Positions 7,895 through 15,110 of a stretch of 27,706 nucleotides of DNA are shown piece by piece. The stretch's first letter is position 1. Each line of letters begins with the position of its first letter. Below the pieces are notes generated by a model that did not search any database, was not told the DNA's origin, and saw nothing but the letters and a program-made list of their open reading frames with translations. The translations under genes were made by a program, and so were the position numbers. Source of the stretch: a virus (taxonomy: Duplodnaviria > Caudoviricetes); the IMG/VR virus record IMGVR_UViG_3300020045_003736, positions 1 through 27,706 of that record; one strand, 5' to 3'.

Positions 7895-8990
7895 AACAGG
7901 TTCAGACTTTTCAGGAGTTGGTGCATTTGACCAAGCTTTAGAATATTTAAGCATTAAGCAGGAAAAAATATTTGCGTGCGATATGGATAAATATGCCCGT
8001 GAAACTTACGTTTTGAATTATGGGGAGCCGGCATATTACCCAAAAGATGTTTATGATCGTGAAATACCAAAAGAGCCTTTAGACATTTATATGACTTCCC
8101 CACCCTGTCAGGGTTTTAGTTTAGCCGGACAAAGGGGTGGGAGCATATTGTTTTTAAATTCGCACGAGTTCATTAAAATTAATAAGCCGAGGTATTTTAT
8201 TTTTGAGAATGTTAAGGGGCTTTTAAGCCATGATAAGCGGGACAAGCAAAATGAATATGGTTATACTTTTAATCAATGGTTAGCCTACTTAGGGGGTAAA
8301 TCTGTAAATGGAAACCCTATAATATTCCCGCACGAAGAAAGCGTTCCTTATCACATTTATCACGCTGTTTTAAATGCTAAGGATTACGGTGTTCCGCAAA
8401 ATAGGGAACGTGTTTTTATAATTGGCATACGTGATGATGCTGATAATGAATTTTCGTTTCCCAAGCCAATACATTTAACTATAAGGTTAAAAGATGTTTT
8501 AGAAAGAAATGTTGATAAGAGATATAACTTAAGTATAAAATATATCGATAGCCTTATTAAACATTCTACAGAACAAAAAAAAAAAGGAAACGGATTTAAA
8601 TTTAGCCCTACTTACGGTTTAAAAATAGCCAATGCTATCACAACAAAGGCGGGACAAAGAACTACGGATAATTATGTTTTTATAAAATCAAATACAGAAA
8701 ATGGTTATGAAATATTAAATGACGGAGATAGTTTAAATTACACTTTTCCCGAAAGTAAGACAAGGCGTGGACGTGTTGGTAAGGAGGTAGGACAAACAAT
8801 AGACACAGCATGCAATCAGGGTGTATTTATAGATAAAAGAATAAGGCGTTTAACACCTCGTGAGTGCTTTAGGCTAATGGGTTTTCCTGATACGTTTAAA
8901 TGGGTTTGTAGCGATACACAAGCATATAAGCAGGCAGGCAATAGTATCGTAAAAGATGTTTTGGCAGCAATATTAAAGCAATTACTATGA
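7881..8990 (+). CDS. DNA (cytosine-5)-methyltransferase
   Basis: Motif I FSGVG, IV SPPCQ, VI FENVKG, VIII PQNRERVF, IX RRLTPREC.RLMGFP, X YKQAGNSI. Confidence 0.93.
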   Translation: MRIYRTGSDFSGVGAFDQALEYLSIKQEKIFACDMDKYARETYVLNYGEPAYYPKDVYDREIPKEPLDIYMTSPPCQGFSLAGQRGGSILFLNSHEFIKINKPRYFIFENVKGLLSHDKRDKQNEYGYTFNQWLAYLGGKSVNGNPIIFPHEESVPYHIYHAVLNAKDYGVPQNRERVFIIGIRDDADNEFSFPKPIHLTIRLKDVLERNVDKRYNLSIKYIDSLIKHSTEQKKKGNGFKFSPTYGLKIANAITTKAGQRTTDNYVFIKSNTENGYEILNDGDSLNYTFPESKTRRGRVGKEVGQTIDTACNQGVFIDKRIRRLTPRECFRLMGFPDTFKWVCSDTQAYKQAGNSIVKDVLAAILKQLL

Positions 8991-9484
8991 AATGCGGCGA
9001 AACTAATCCAACCATACTAACAGCGCCGTCAGGACGACCGTATTACGTTAGCGGCATTGAGCAGCAAGACGGGAAGTGGTACTGCAAAATCAGGTACACT
9101 GATAATTTAGAATACAAAGATGTGCCGTATAGCCAGATATACCCAACACGCCTAATAATTGCAGGCACACGTACGTTTGATAATTATAACTTGCTCGTTA
9201 GCTCAGTTATTAATTTTGTCGATGCTAAAGAAATAGTTTCAGGATGTGCTAATGGAGCAGATACCTTAGGGGAGCAATATGCTAAACAGTACGGTAAAAC
9301 TGTAGTTAAATACCCTGCCGACTGGAATAAATATGGTAAGGGTGCTGGACATATCAGGAATAAAGAAATGGCTTTGTATGCCAGCCATTGTATTGTGTTT
9401 TGGGATGGTAAAAGCAAAGGGACTGAAAACATGATTAGTTTAGCTAAAGAAAACGGTTTAACATTAAAAGTTGTTAGATATTAA
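8987..9484 (+). CDS. DUF2493/YspA-like SLOG-family protein with an N-terminal extra domain
   Basis: IIAGTRTF, EIVSGCANGAD, YPADWNKYGKGAG.IRN.EMA, FWDGKSKGT. Confidence 0.82.
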   Translation: MKCGETNPTILTAPSGRPYYVSGIEQQDGKWYCKIRYTDNLEYKDVPYSQIYPTRLIIAGTRTFDNYNLLVSSVINFVDAKEIVSGCANGADTLGEQYAKQYGKTVVKYPADWNKYGKGAGHIRNKEMALYASHCIVFWDGKSKGTENMISLAKENGLTLKVVRY

Positions 9485-9501
9485 ATTTTTCCGTAAGTTT
9501 G
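9471..9501 (+). promoter_or_regulatory. Bacteroidota promoter (TTG-20 nt-TAAGTTTG) for the tRNA-like pair and terminase
   Basis: -33 TTG at 9471-9473, -7 at 9494-9501. Confidence 0.65.
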
Positions 9502-9506
9502 TGGTT

Positions 9507-9576
9507 ACTACCGTAGCATAAACCTAATGCATGTGGTTCGCTACCACAAGATGCCAGCAAGATTTGGTCGGTAGTT
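9507..9576 (+). ncRNA. tRNA-like cloverleaf (CGC at the anticodon position) with a non-canonical T-loop
   Basis: Acceptor ACTACCG/CGGTAGT 7/7, D stem GCAT/ATGC, anticodon stem TGTGG/CCACA with loop TTCGCTA, T stem GCCAG/TTGGT with loop CAAGAT. Confidence 0.65.
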
Positions 9577-9582
9577 TTAAAT

Positions 9583-9653
9583 ACTTGTGTAGTTCAACGG
9601 TAGAACAACGGTATCCAAAACCGCAGATAGCAGTTCGAATCTGTTCACTCGTG
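9583..9653 (+). tRNA. tRNA-Trp(CCA), variant or pseudo-tRNA
   Basis: D arm GTTC-AACGGTA-GAAC, anticodon loop ATCCAAA (CCA 9615-9617), T arm AGCAG-TTCGAAT-CTGTT, G discriminator; two acceptor-stem mismatches and A27-C43. Confidence 0.7.
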
Positions 9654-9665
9654 CAAATTAATATT

Positions 9666-10181
9666 ATGGCAGCACCTAAAGGAAATAAATATTGGGAATT
9701 TAGAGGTAAGCATGGTACCAACTTTGCGTATACCCCTGAAAACCTATGGTTAGAGGCTGTTAAATACTTCGATTGGATTAGCGAAAAAGTTTGGAATAAG
9801 AAAGAGGCTATCAAGTCGGGAGAAATGGCAGGTGCGCTAATTGATATTCCTACATCAACACCTATGAGCATTAAAAGCTTTTGCTTATATGCTGACATAA
9901 GCCACCAAACGTTTCTTAACTATGAAGCTAATAATGATTTTGTTGAAGTCATAACACGTATCAGGTCGATTATTGAAAGTCAACAGTTTGAAGGTGCTAC
10001 TGTAGGAGCTTATAACCCTAACATTATTGCCCGTACACTTGGACTAACCGAGAGAACAGACCTAACCACTAACGGGCAAAACTTACCGGCTGCCGGCACA
10101 ACGATTAATATATCCAAACTTTCAGATGCTGCATTAGCCGAACTTGAAGCCGCCTCAGCCGATGAAGAGCAAGACGATTAA
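9666..10181 (+). CDS. terS: terminase small subunit (P22 gp3-like)
   Basis: MAAPKGNKYW...HG, TPE.LW..A..YF.W, I..QQFEGA.VG.YNPNIIAR.LGL; start moved to ATG 9666 because the ORF-track start lies inside the tRNA-like elements. Confidence 0.9.
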   Translation: MAAPKGNKYWEFRGKHGTNFAYTPENLWLEAVKYFDWISEKVWNKKEAIKSGEMAGALIDIPTSTPMSIKSFCLYADISHQTFLNYEANNDFVEVITRIRSIIESQQFEGATVGAYNPNIIARTLGLTERTDLTTNGQNLPAAGTTINISKLSDAALAELEAASADEEQDD

Positions 10182-11664
10182 CCTACCCACATTATCGGAA
10201 ATTAAAGCCGAAAGATGCAAACGCTCACTATTCTACTTTTTAAAAGAATTTTGGGGGCATGTTATAAAAGACGAATTTGTTTATAACTGGCATTTGGAGT
10301 ATTTATGTGATGAAGTGCAGCTGGTAATAGATAAATTTGTATTGGACAGGCAGCCACATATACCCAACGACAAATGGTATGTTGGCATAACAGAAGATAT
10401 AAAGCAAAACCTTATTGGTAACGTACCCCCAGGAACAACTAAGAGTACAATATTAAGCAGGGTAGTACCGGCTTGGCTGCCATGCATAGATGATAGTAAA
10501 ACAATTATAGGCAACACCATTGACAGTAAGAATGCTACTGAGTTTGCCATGGCCTCTTTAGATATCATAAAAAGCAATAAATATCAAAGATATTTCCCTA
10601 ATGTAAAAATAAGGCATGATGCAAGCGCTAAGACATTCTACAAGTTTACAGGCGGCGGCATAAGGTACAGCCTAACCACCCGGGGTAGCTCAACGGGAAA
10701 GCATGCCCACTTGCAATTAGACGATGACCCTATGGACTATCAAACGGCACAAAGCCCTGTTGCGGCTAAGGAATGTATAGAGGGCTTTAAGGCGTTGCAA
10801 TCTCGTAAAAAAGACAAAGACAAAACCCCTTATATACTTTTTATGCAGAAGCTGTCTAACCGTGATACATCTGCACACGCCTTAAAGGCACTAAAGGGCA
10901 ACGTAAGGCATATTTGTCTGCCTGCTGAGGATTTATATAACAACATTGAGCCTGTTTCAATGCGTAGCCAATATGTAGACGGATTACTTGACCCAAATCG
11001 ATTAAGCAGGCAAACGCTATTAAAGCAAAAGTTAGGGCTTACAGATGATGGCAAGCCGATTAGCGATATAGCTTACAATATTCAATATAACCAGGCTTCT
11101 GAAACTGGAGAAGATTTGCTTTACCAAGCGTTTAACATGGTGCCGTCATTACCAACCAACAGGGAGGGTATTATACGATACAGCTTTACCGATGTAGCCG
11201 ATACCGGTGCAGATTACTTCTGCACGTGGTTTTGTGAGGTTAACGCAGGTAAAATTTACGTTTACGATGCTGTTTACACTCAGGAGCCGTCCGCTACAAC
11301 AAGCGGTAAGATTAAGGGTAAGATTGATTTACATGGTTCATTAGTTAATAAAATGGAAACTAATAATCAAGGCAGTGTCTTTATAACCATGCTGCAAGGC
11401 TTAGGAGTGAGTATAAGCGGTTATTATAGTCAAGGTAACAAAGAGCAACGAATATCAGCTTTCGCTCAATTCTCGTCGTTTATTTACTTTGTTGAACCAA
11501 ATACTCAAGCCTACCACACCAACGAATACGCCCATGCTATTAAACACATGAAGTCTTACCCGAAAGTGGGCAAAGCCGAGGACGGACACGACGATGCTGA
11601 GGATGCTTTTACCGAATTAATGCGCTATTTATATACCAACCATAGGTATTTGTTTGTATCTTAG
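10162..11664 (+). CDS. terL: terminase large subunit
   Basis: SLF.F.KEFW, YNWHL, Walker A NVPPGTTKST, Walker B LQLDDDP, nuclease FTDVADTG.DY and HDDAEDA; ATG 10162 preferred as start. Confidence 0.92.
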   Translation: MKSKTINLPTLSEIKAERCKRSLFYFLKEFWGHVIKDEFVYNWHLEYLCDEVQLVIDKFVLDRQPHIPNDKWYVGITEDIKQNLIGNVPPGTTKSTILSRVVPAWLPCIDDSKTIIGNTIDSKNATEFAMASLDIIKSNKYQRYFPNVKIRHDASAKTFYKFTGGGIRYSLTTRGSSTGKHAHLQLDDDPMDYQTAQSPVAAKECIEGFKALQSRKKDKDKTPYILFMQKLSNRDTSAHALKALKGNVRHICLPAEDLYNNIEPVSMRSQYVDGLLDPNRLSRQTLLKQKLGLTDDGKPISDIAYNIQYNQASETGEDLLYQAFNMVPSLPTNREGIIRYSFTDVADTGADYFCTWFCEVNAGKIYVYDAVYTQEPSATTSGKIKGKIDLHGSLVNKMETNNQGSVFITMLQGLGVSISGYYSQGNKEQRISAFAQFSSFIYFVEPNTQAYHTNEYAHAIKHMKSYPKVGKAEDGHDDAEDAFTELMRYLYTNHRYLFVS

Positions 11665-11668
11665 CGGT

Positions 11669-11757
11669 CTATTCCATTCGTGCAGGCTTGGAATAGTTGA
11701 ACAATTTAAAATTAAATGCTCATGTTGATACCTTGCACGGTTGATATGTGGGCTTTT
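11669..11757 (+). ncRNA. kissing-loop leader RNA, copy 3 (before the insert between terL and portal)
   Basis: Follows variant -7 TATCTTAG (11657-11664); P1 CTATTCCA/TGGAATAG with loop TTCGTGCAGGCT; P2 GCTCATGT-TGA-T-ACC[TTGCAC]GGT-T-GAT-ATGTGGGC followed by TTTT. Confidence 0.68.
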
Positions 11758-11766
11758 ATTATTATT

Positions 11767-12015
11767 ATGACATTCGCACATGCATACATAGCCTTAGCTG
11801 TTATTTCGGTTGTATACCTTTTTTTGCTATATTATAATTTTGGTATTAAGAAGATTAAGAAGATTAAGAAGATTAAGAAACATGAGTATCTTACGATAAG
11901 TGTGCCTATGGCTCACAATACAGCGGCTAAAATAACCTATTACGAAAAAGATGGATGGGAGTTAATTCATATACACAGTCAAAAATCAGAAACGTATTTA
12001 ACTTTTAAGAAATGA
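11767..12015 (+). CDS. small membrane-anchored protein with an (IKK)4 repeat
   Basis: N-terminal hydrophobic helix; C-term Y.KDGWELI..Y.TFKK; start moved to ATG 11767, after the leader. Confidence 0.65.
   Translation: MTFAHAYIALAVISVVYLFLLYYNFGIKKIKKIKKIKKHEYLTISVPMAHNTAAKITYYEKDGWELIHIHSQKSETYLTFKK
11845..11880 (+). repeat. 9-bp tandem repeat ATTAAGAAG x4
   Basis: Three perfect units plus ATTAAGAAA, in frame. Confidence 0.9.
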
Positions 12016-12281
12016 ACTTAGAAACTATACAAATAGATGGCGAAACAGTATGTGTGTCAGGGGTAGGACGTATGTTTTTTGAAAATGGATTACCAATAGG
12101 TATTACTGTTTCAGAAATGGCTAAGAAAGGAATTAAAGTTAGTTTACTTAATTTAGCTGATGAACTTATTAAAAATGGTTGGAAGCCAAAAACGGTTACA
12201 AATCGAATAATATCGGATTTTAATGATAGCGGGATAATACTGGATGATGCTACTATAAACCTGCTAAAAAGTGTTTTGTAA
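12012..12281 (+). CDS. hypothetical protein with weak resemblance to an AlaRS helical motif
   Basis: G.MFFENGLPIGIT..EM.KKG..V; coupled to the upstream gene by ATGA. Confidence 0.6.
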   Translation: MNLETIQIDGETVCVSGVGRMFFENGLPIGITVSEMAKKGIKVSLLNLADELIKNGWKPKTVTNRIISDFNDSGIILDDATINLLKSVL

Positions 12282-12368
12282 TACTGATTATGAAACGCAA
12301 AGGAACATGATATTTGATTACTTATGGAAGGATAAAAATAAGGCAAAGGATTGGTTAAAGGAAATAAT

Positions 12369-12824
12369 ATGATATTCGCAACATACAACTACAAGGAGTA
12401 CCACAACGGCAATAAGTCAGAATGGCCGATACAGCCGCCTACACAGGAGGCTTGGAATATAATGGTTAATTCAGATTACACCTACTGTCAAAATCACAAT
12501 CTGCTTCGGGGGGCAAACAATATCCCTAAACATCATCTTCCCTCATATCATCCTTACTGGCAAAAGCAAAGCATTAAAAACACAAAAAATTACGTATATA
12601 CTCTTATTGAAAAATTAAAAAAATGTATTAAAGACCCTGAGTTATACAAAATTGAGTTTAGAAAGGGAGCTAATTATTACACCGTTATTTCATTTGACAT
12701 AAACCCAATTATTAAAAGAGAAGGTTTAAAGATAAGGTTGCCTGAGAACAATAAAAAAAATATAAAAGAAGATATTGTAACGCTTTCATTGGTAAAAAAC
12801 GGCATTAATTTATCTTGGAATTAA
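12369..12824 (+). CDS. hypothetical protein
   Basis: AT-rich ORF; ATG 12369 preferred over TTG 12351. Confidence 0.6.
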   Translation: MIFATYNYKEYHNGNKSEWPIQPPTQEAWNIMVNSDYTYCQNHNLLRGANNIPKHHLPSYHPYWQKQSIKNTKNYVYTLIEKLKKCIKDPELYKIEFRKGANYYTVISFDINPIIKREGLKIRLPENNKKNIKEDIVTLSLVKNGINLSWN

Positions 12825-12831
12825 CGTTTTG

Positions 12832-12861
12832 TTGCACGCATAACATTTTTTCCTATATTTG
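12832..12861 (+). promoter_or_regulatory. promoter for the head genes (TTG-19 nt-TATATTTG)
   Basis: Canonical Bacteroidota -33/-7 spacing. Confidence 0.7.
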
Positions 12862-12915
12862 CTCAAATTAACTATGTGAAGATGCGTAGTACCATTGCCA
12901 TAACGAAATAAAAAT

Positions 12916-12954
12916 AAAGGACTACCTGTATTAATTTACGGGCAGTCCTTTTTT
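12916..12954 (+). terminator. terminator or attenuator hairpin in the portal leader
   Basis: AAAGGACTACCTGTA-TTAATT-TACGGGCAGTCCTTT followed by TTT. Confidence 0.7.
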
Positions 12955-12963
12955 ACTTTATAT

Positions 12964-14148
12964 ATGAATCTTATTCAAAAACTTTGGAATCGAATTGTCC
13001 CTGATGTGTATTATGGCACTATAGCAGGACAACGCACAAGGTTTGAAATTGACAGGTTTAGTAGTGGTTGCATAACGCAAACACATTACCCTACACACTA
13101 CAGAAAGTATGTAGAACTGGCTAAGGACGTTTATGTAATTGAGGACGCCATTAGCAAGATAGGTAAAATCGTAAGCCAGGTTAACTTTGTATCGGACAGA
13201 CCGCAGGATAAAATAGTAAAGCTGCTTAATAATCCTAACGACAAGCAAAGCGAGCAGGAGTTTTTAAAGGAGTTTTCGTTCTATATAAAATCGGCAGGCT
13301 GGACGGTAATATGGAAAAAATATAAAAGCTTCGGTAATATTGAGGGAATGCAGTTGATTAACCTTAATCCTGATAAAACCAGCTTTACAGATACCGGCGA
13401 TATTGAAACGGAATACGAAGAAAAAGAAGAGCGCATAAAATTAGATGATGTTATTATATTTTACGATAGCATCAGGGAAAGCAATAATAAAGGCTATTCA
13501 GTATTAAAGCCGCTACGCTCACAAGTAAATAATATACTTGACGCTCAAAGGGCAAAAGGCATACAGATTGAAAAATCAGGAACCACAATAGTTAGTCCCA
13601 AAGTGGCTACAGCTGCCAATCCAACAGATGAGGGTTTAAACTCAATAGTTCATCCTGATGTGCCAGGGCATCAAAGCCAAAAGCAACAGATTGAGGATAA
13701 GCTCAACACAAGAGGCTTAGAAAACAATATTATTGTTTCATCAAAAGGTTTAGATGCACTTAGCCTTGCACAGGGGCTTAACGCTTTTGACTTCAACAGT
13801 ACAGTAGAGCCTGATGCAATTGCTATTTATAGCGCACTTGGTGTAGATGTTGAGTTAACGCCATATGGTAAAAATAATACCTACGAGAACAAGGCGGTTG
13901 CTGAGCTTAAGTTGGTGCAAAGTGAGGCTATACCGTTAGTAAACAACCTCATTAACTCGCTTAAGTCTGAGTTTAACTCAACTGCAATAATAGAGGGTAA
14001 ATTTGACCACCTTGATTGTATGAGCATTGTTGAAAAAAGGATGCAGGAAACGAAGACCGTTAGGATTGAACATGTAATAACCCTGCAACAAAACAACCTG
14101 ATTGACGAAAACAAGGCAAAAGAAATGCTTAAAGATATAATAGGATGA
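12964..14148 (+). CDS. portal protein (HK97-like)
   Basis: 394 aa; I.KI..IVS, LLNNPN..QS..EF, GYS.L.PL, NTYEN...AE; position before protease and capsid. Confidence 0.85.
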   Translation: MNLIQKLWNRIVPDVYYGTIAGQRTRFEIDRFSSGCITQTHYPTHYRKYVELAKDVYVIEDAISKIGKIVSQVNFVSDRPQDKIVKLLNNPNDKQSEQEFLKEFSFYIKSAGWTVIWKKYKSFGNIEGMQLINLNPDKTSFTDTGDIETEYEEKEERIKLDDVIIFYDSIRESNNKGYSVLKPLRSQVNNILDAQRAKGIQIEKSGTTIVSPKVATAANPTDEGLNSIVHPDVPGHQSQKQQIEDKLNTRGLENNIIVSSKGLDALSLAQGLNAFDFNSTVEPDAIAIYSALGVDVELTPYGKNNTYENKAVAELKLVQSEAIPLVNNLINSLKSEFNSTAIIEGKFDHLDCMSIVEKRMQETKTVRIEHVITLQQNNLIDENKAKEMLKDIIG

Positions 14149-14279
14149 CCGACGTAAAAACCGAAAATACAGTAAAGCGATTAGAGGCTACGCTTCAAAA
14201 AGCAGAAAACCCTGATGTAAAAAAGGAATTACAGGCAAAAATAAATGCCCTTAAAGGCAGCAAAATTGTACAGAAATGA
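14145..14279 (+). CDS. small 44-aa protein (not in ORF track)
   Basis: MTDVKTENTVKRLEATLQKAENPDVKKELQAKINALKGSKIVQK*; ATGA overlaps at both ends. Confidence 0.75.
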   Translation: MTDVKTENTVKRLEATLQKAENPDVKKELQAKINALKGSKIVQK

Positions 14280-15106
14280 TATACTGCAAAGAATTTCCTG
14301 AACGTTCATTTACAAGCCAGCAAGAAATGCTTAAGGCTATTGTGGATAATAAGAGGAATATTTTAGCCCTTAAAAAATCTGCAATTAAAGAAAGCGATAG
14401 TTTCGCTTTTGGATATGTAGAGGCTGCCGAAAAAGGAGAAGTTATTAAGGCAAATGAGCCAGTAGCTGATGCTGAATTAGGACAGGTAAAAGTAAAGGTG
14501 GTAATCAACACTATCGGTCTATTAGACAGCCATAGGGACGTTCATATAAAAGGAATTTGGAAGCGAAGCCTGGAGCATTCCAATGTTAAGTTACACTTAC
14601 AGGAGCATAACAAAAAGTTTGCTGATGTGATAGCCGATGATGCTTTAGCCTATACCCGTTATGTTACATGGAAATCTTTAGGTGCCGATTACGAAGGAAG
14701 TACAGAAGCCCTAATATTTGAAAGCACCGTTAAAGCAAGTCGTAATGAGGAAATGTTTAAGCAATACTCAAATGGCTGGGTTAGAAACCACTCCGTTGGC
14801 ATGCAATACGTAGATATAAAAGTTTGCATTAACTCAGAAGAGAAATGGGCTGCTGAGGAAAAAGAAAACTGGGATAAGTATTATCCTATGGTAGCAAACA
14901 AAGAGGATGCCGACGCTATTGGTTATTTTTACGCAGTAACAGAGGCAAAAGTTATCGAAGGTTCAGCTGTTGTAATAGGCAGTAACTGGGCTACCCCTAC
15001 ACTTGAAAATGACATGAAGACCGCCCCGGCACCTTCTGAAAATAACGACCCGCCAACTGGCACTCAAACGAGAACAAAAACGTATTATTCAGGATTTTTA
15101 AACTAA
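14276..15106 (+). CDS. prohead (maturation) protease
   Basis: LLDSH.DVH..G.W, HLQEH, NHSVGM, IEGSAV..GSN..TP. Confidence 0.85.
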   Translation: MIYCKEFPERSFTSQQEMLKAIVDNKRNILALKKSAIKESDSFAFGYVEAAEKGEVIKANEPVADAELGQVKVKVVINTIGLLDSHRDVHIKGIWKRSLEHSNVKLHLQEHNKKFADVIADDALAYTRYVTWKSLGADYEGSTEALIFESTVKASRNEEMFKQYSNGWVRNHSVGMQYVDIKVCINSEEKWAAEEKENWDKYYPMVANKEDADAIGYFYAVTEAKVIEGSAVVIGSNWATPTLENDMKTAPAPSENNDPPTGTQTRTKTYYSGFLN

Positions 15107-15110
15107 AGAA

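Noticed and set aside
7565-8990. VRR-NUC plus methyltransferase as a restriction-modification pair
   Set aside because: Stand-alone phage VRR-NUC proteins are structure-specific resolvases commonly placed beside helicase and primase genes; nothing indicates sequence-specific restriction.
9531-9665. N-terminal extension of TerS given by the ORF track
   Set aside because: It overlaps the two cloverleaves; the family-typical start MAAPKGN is at 9666.
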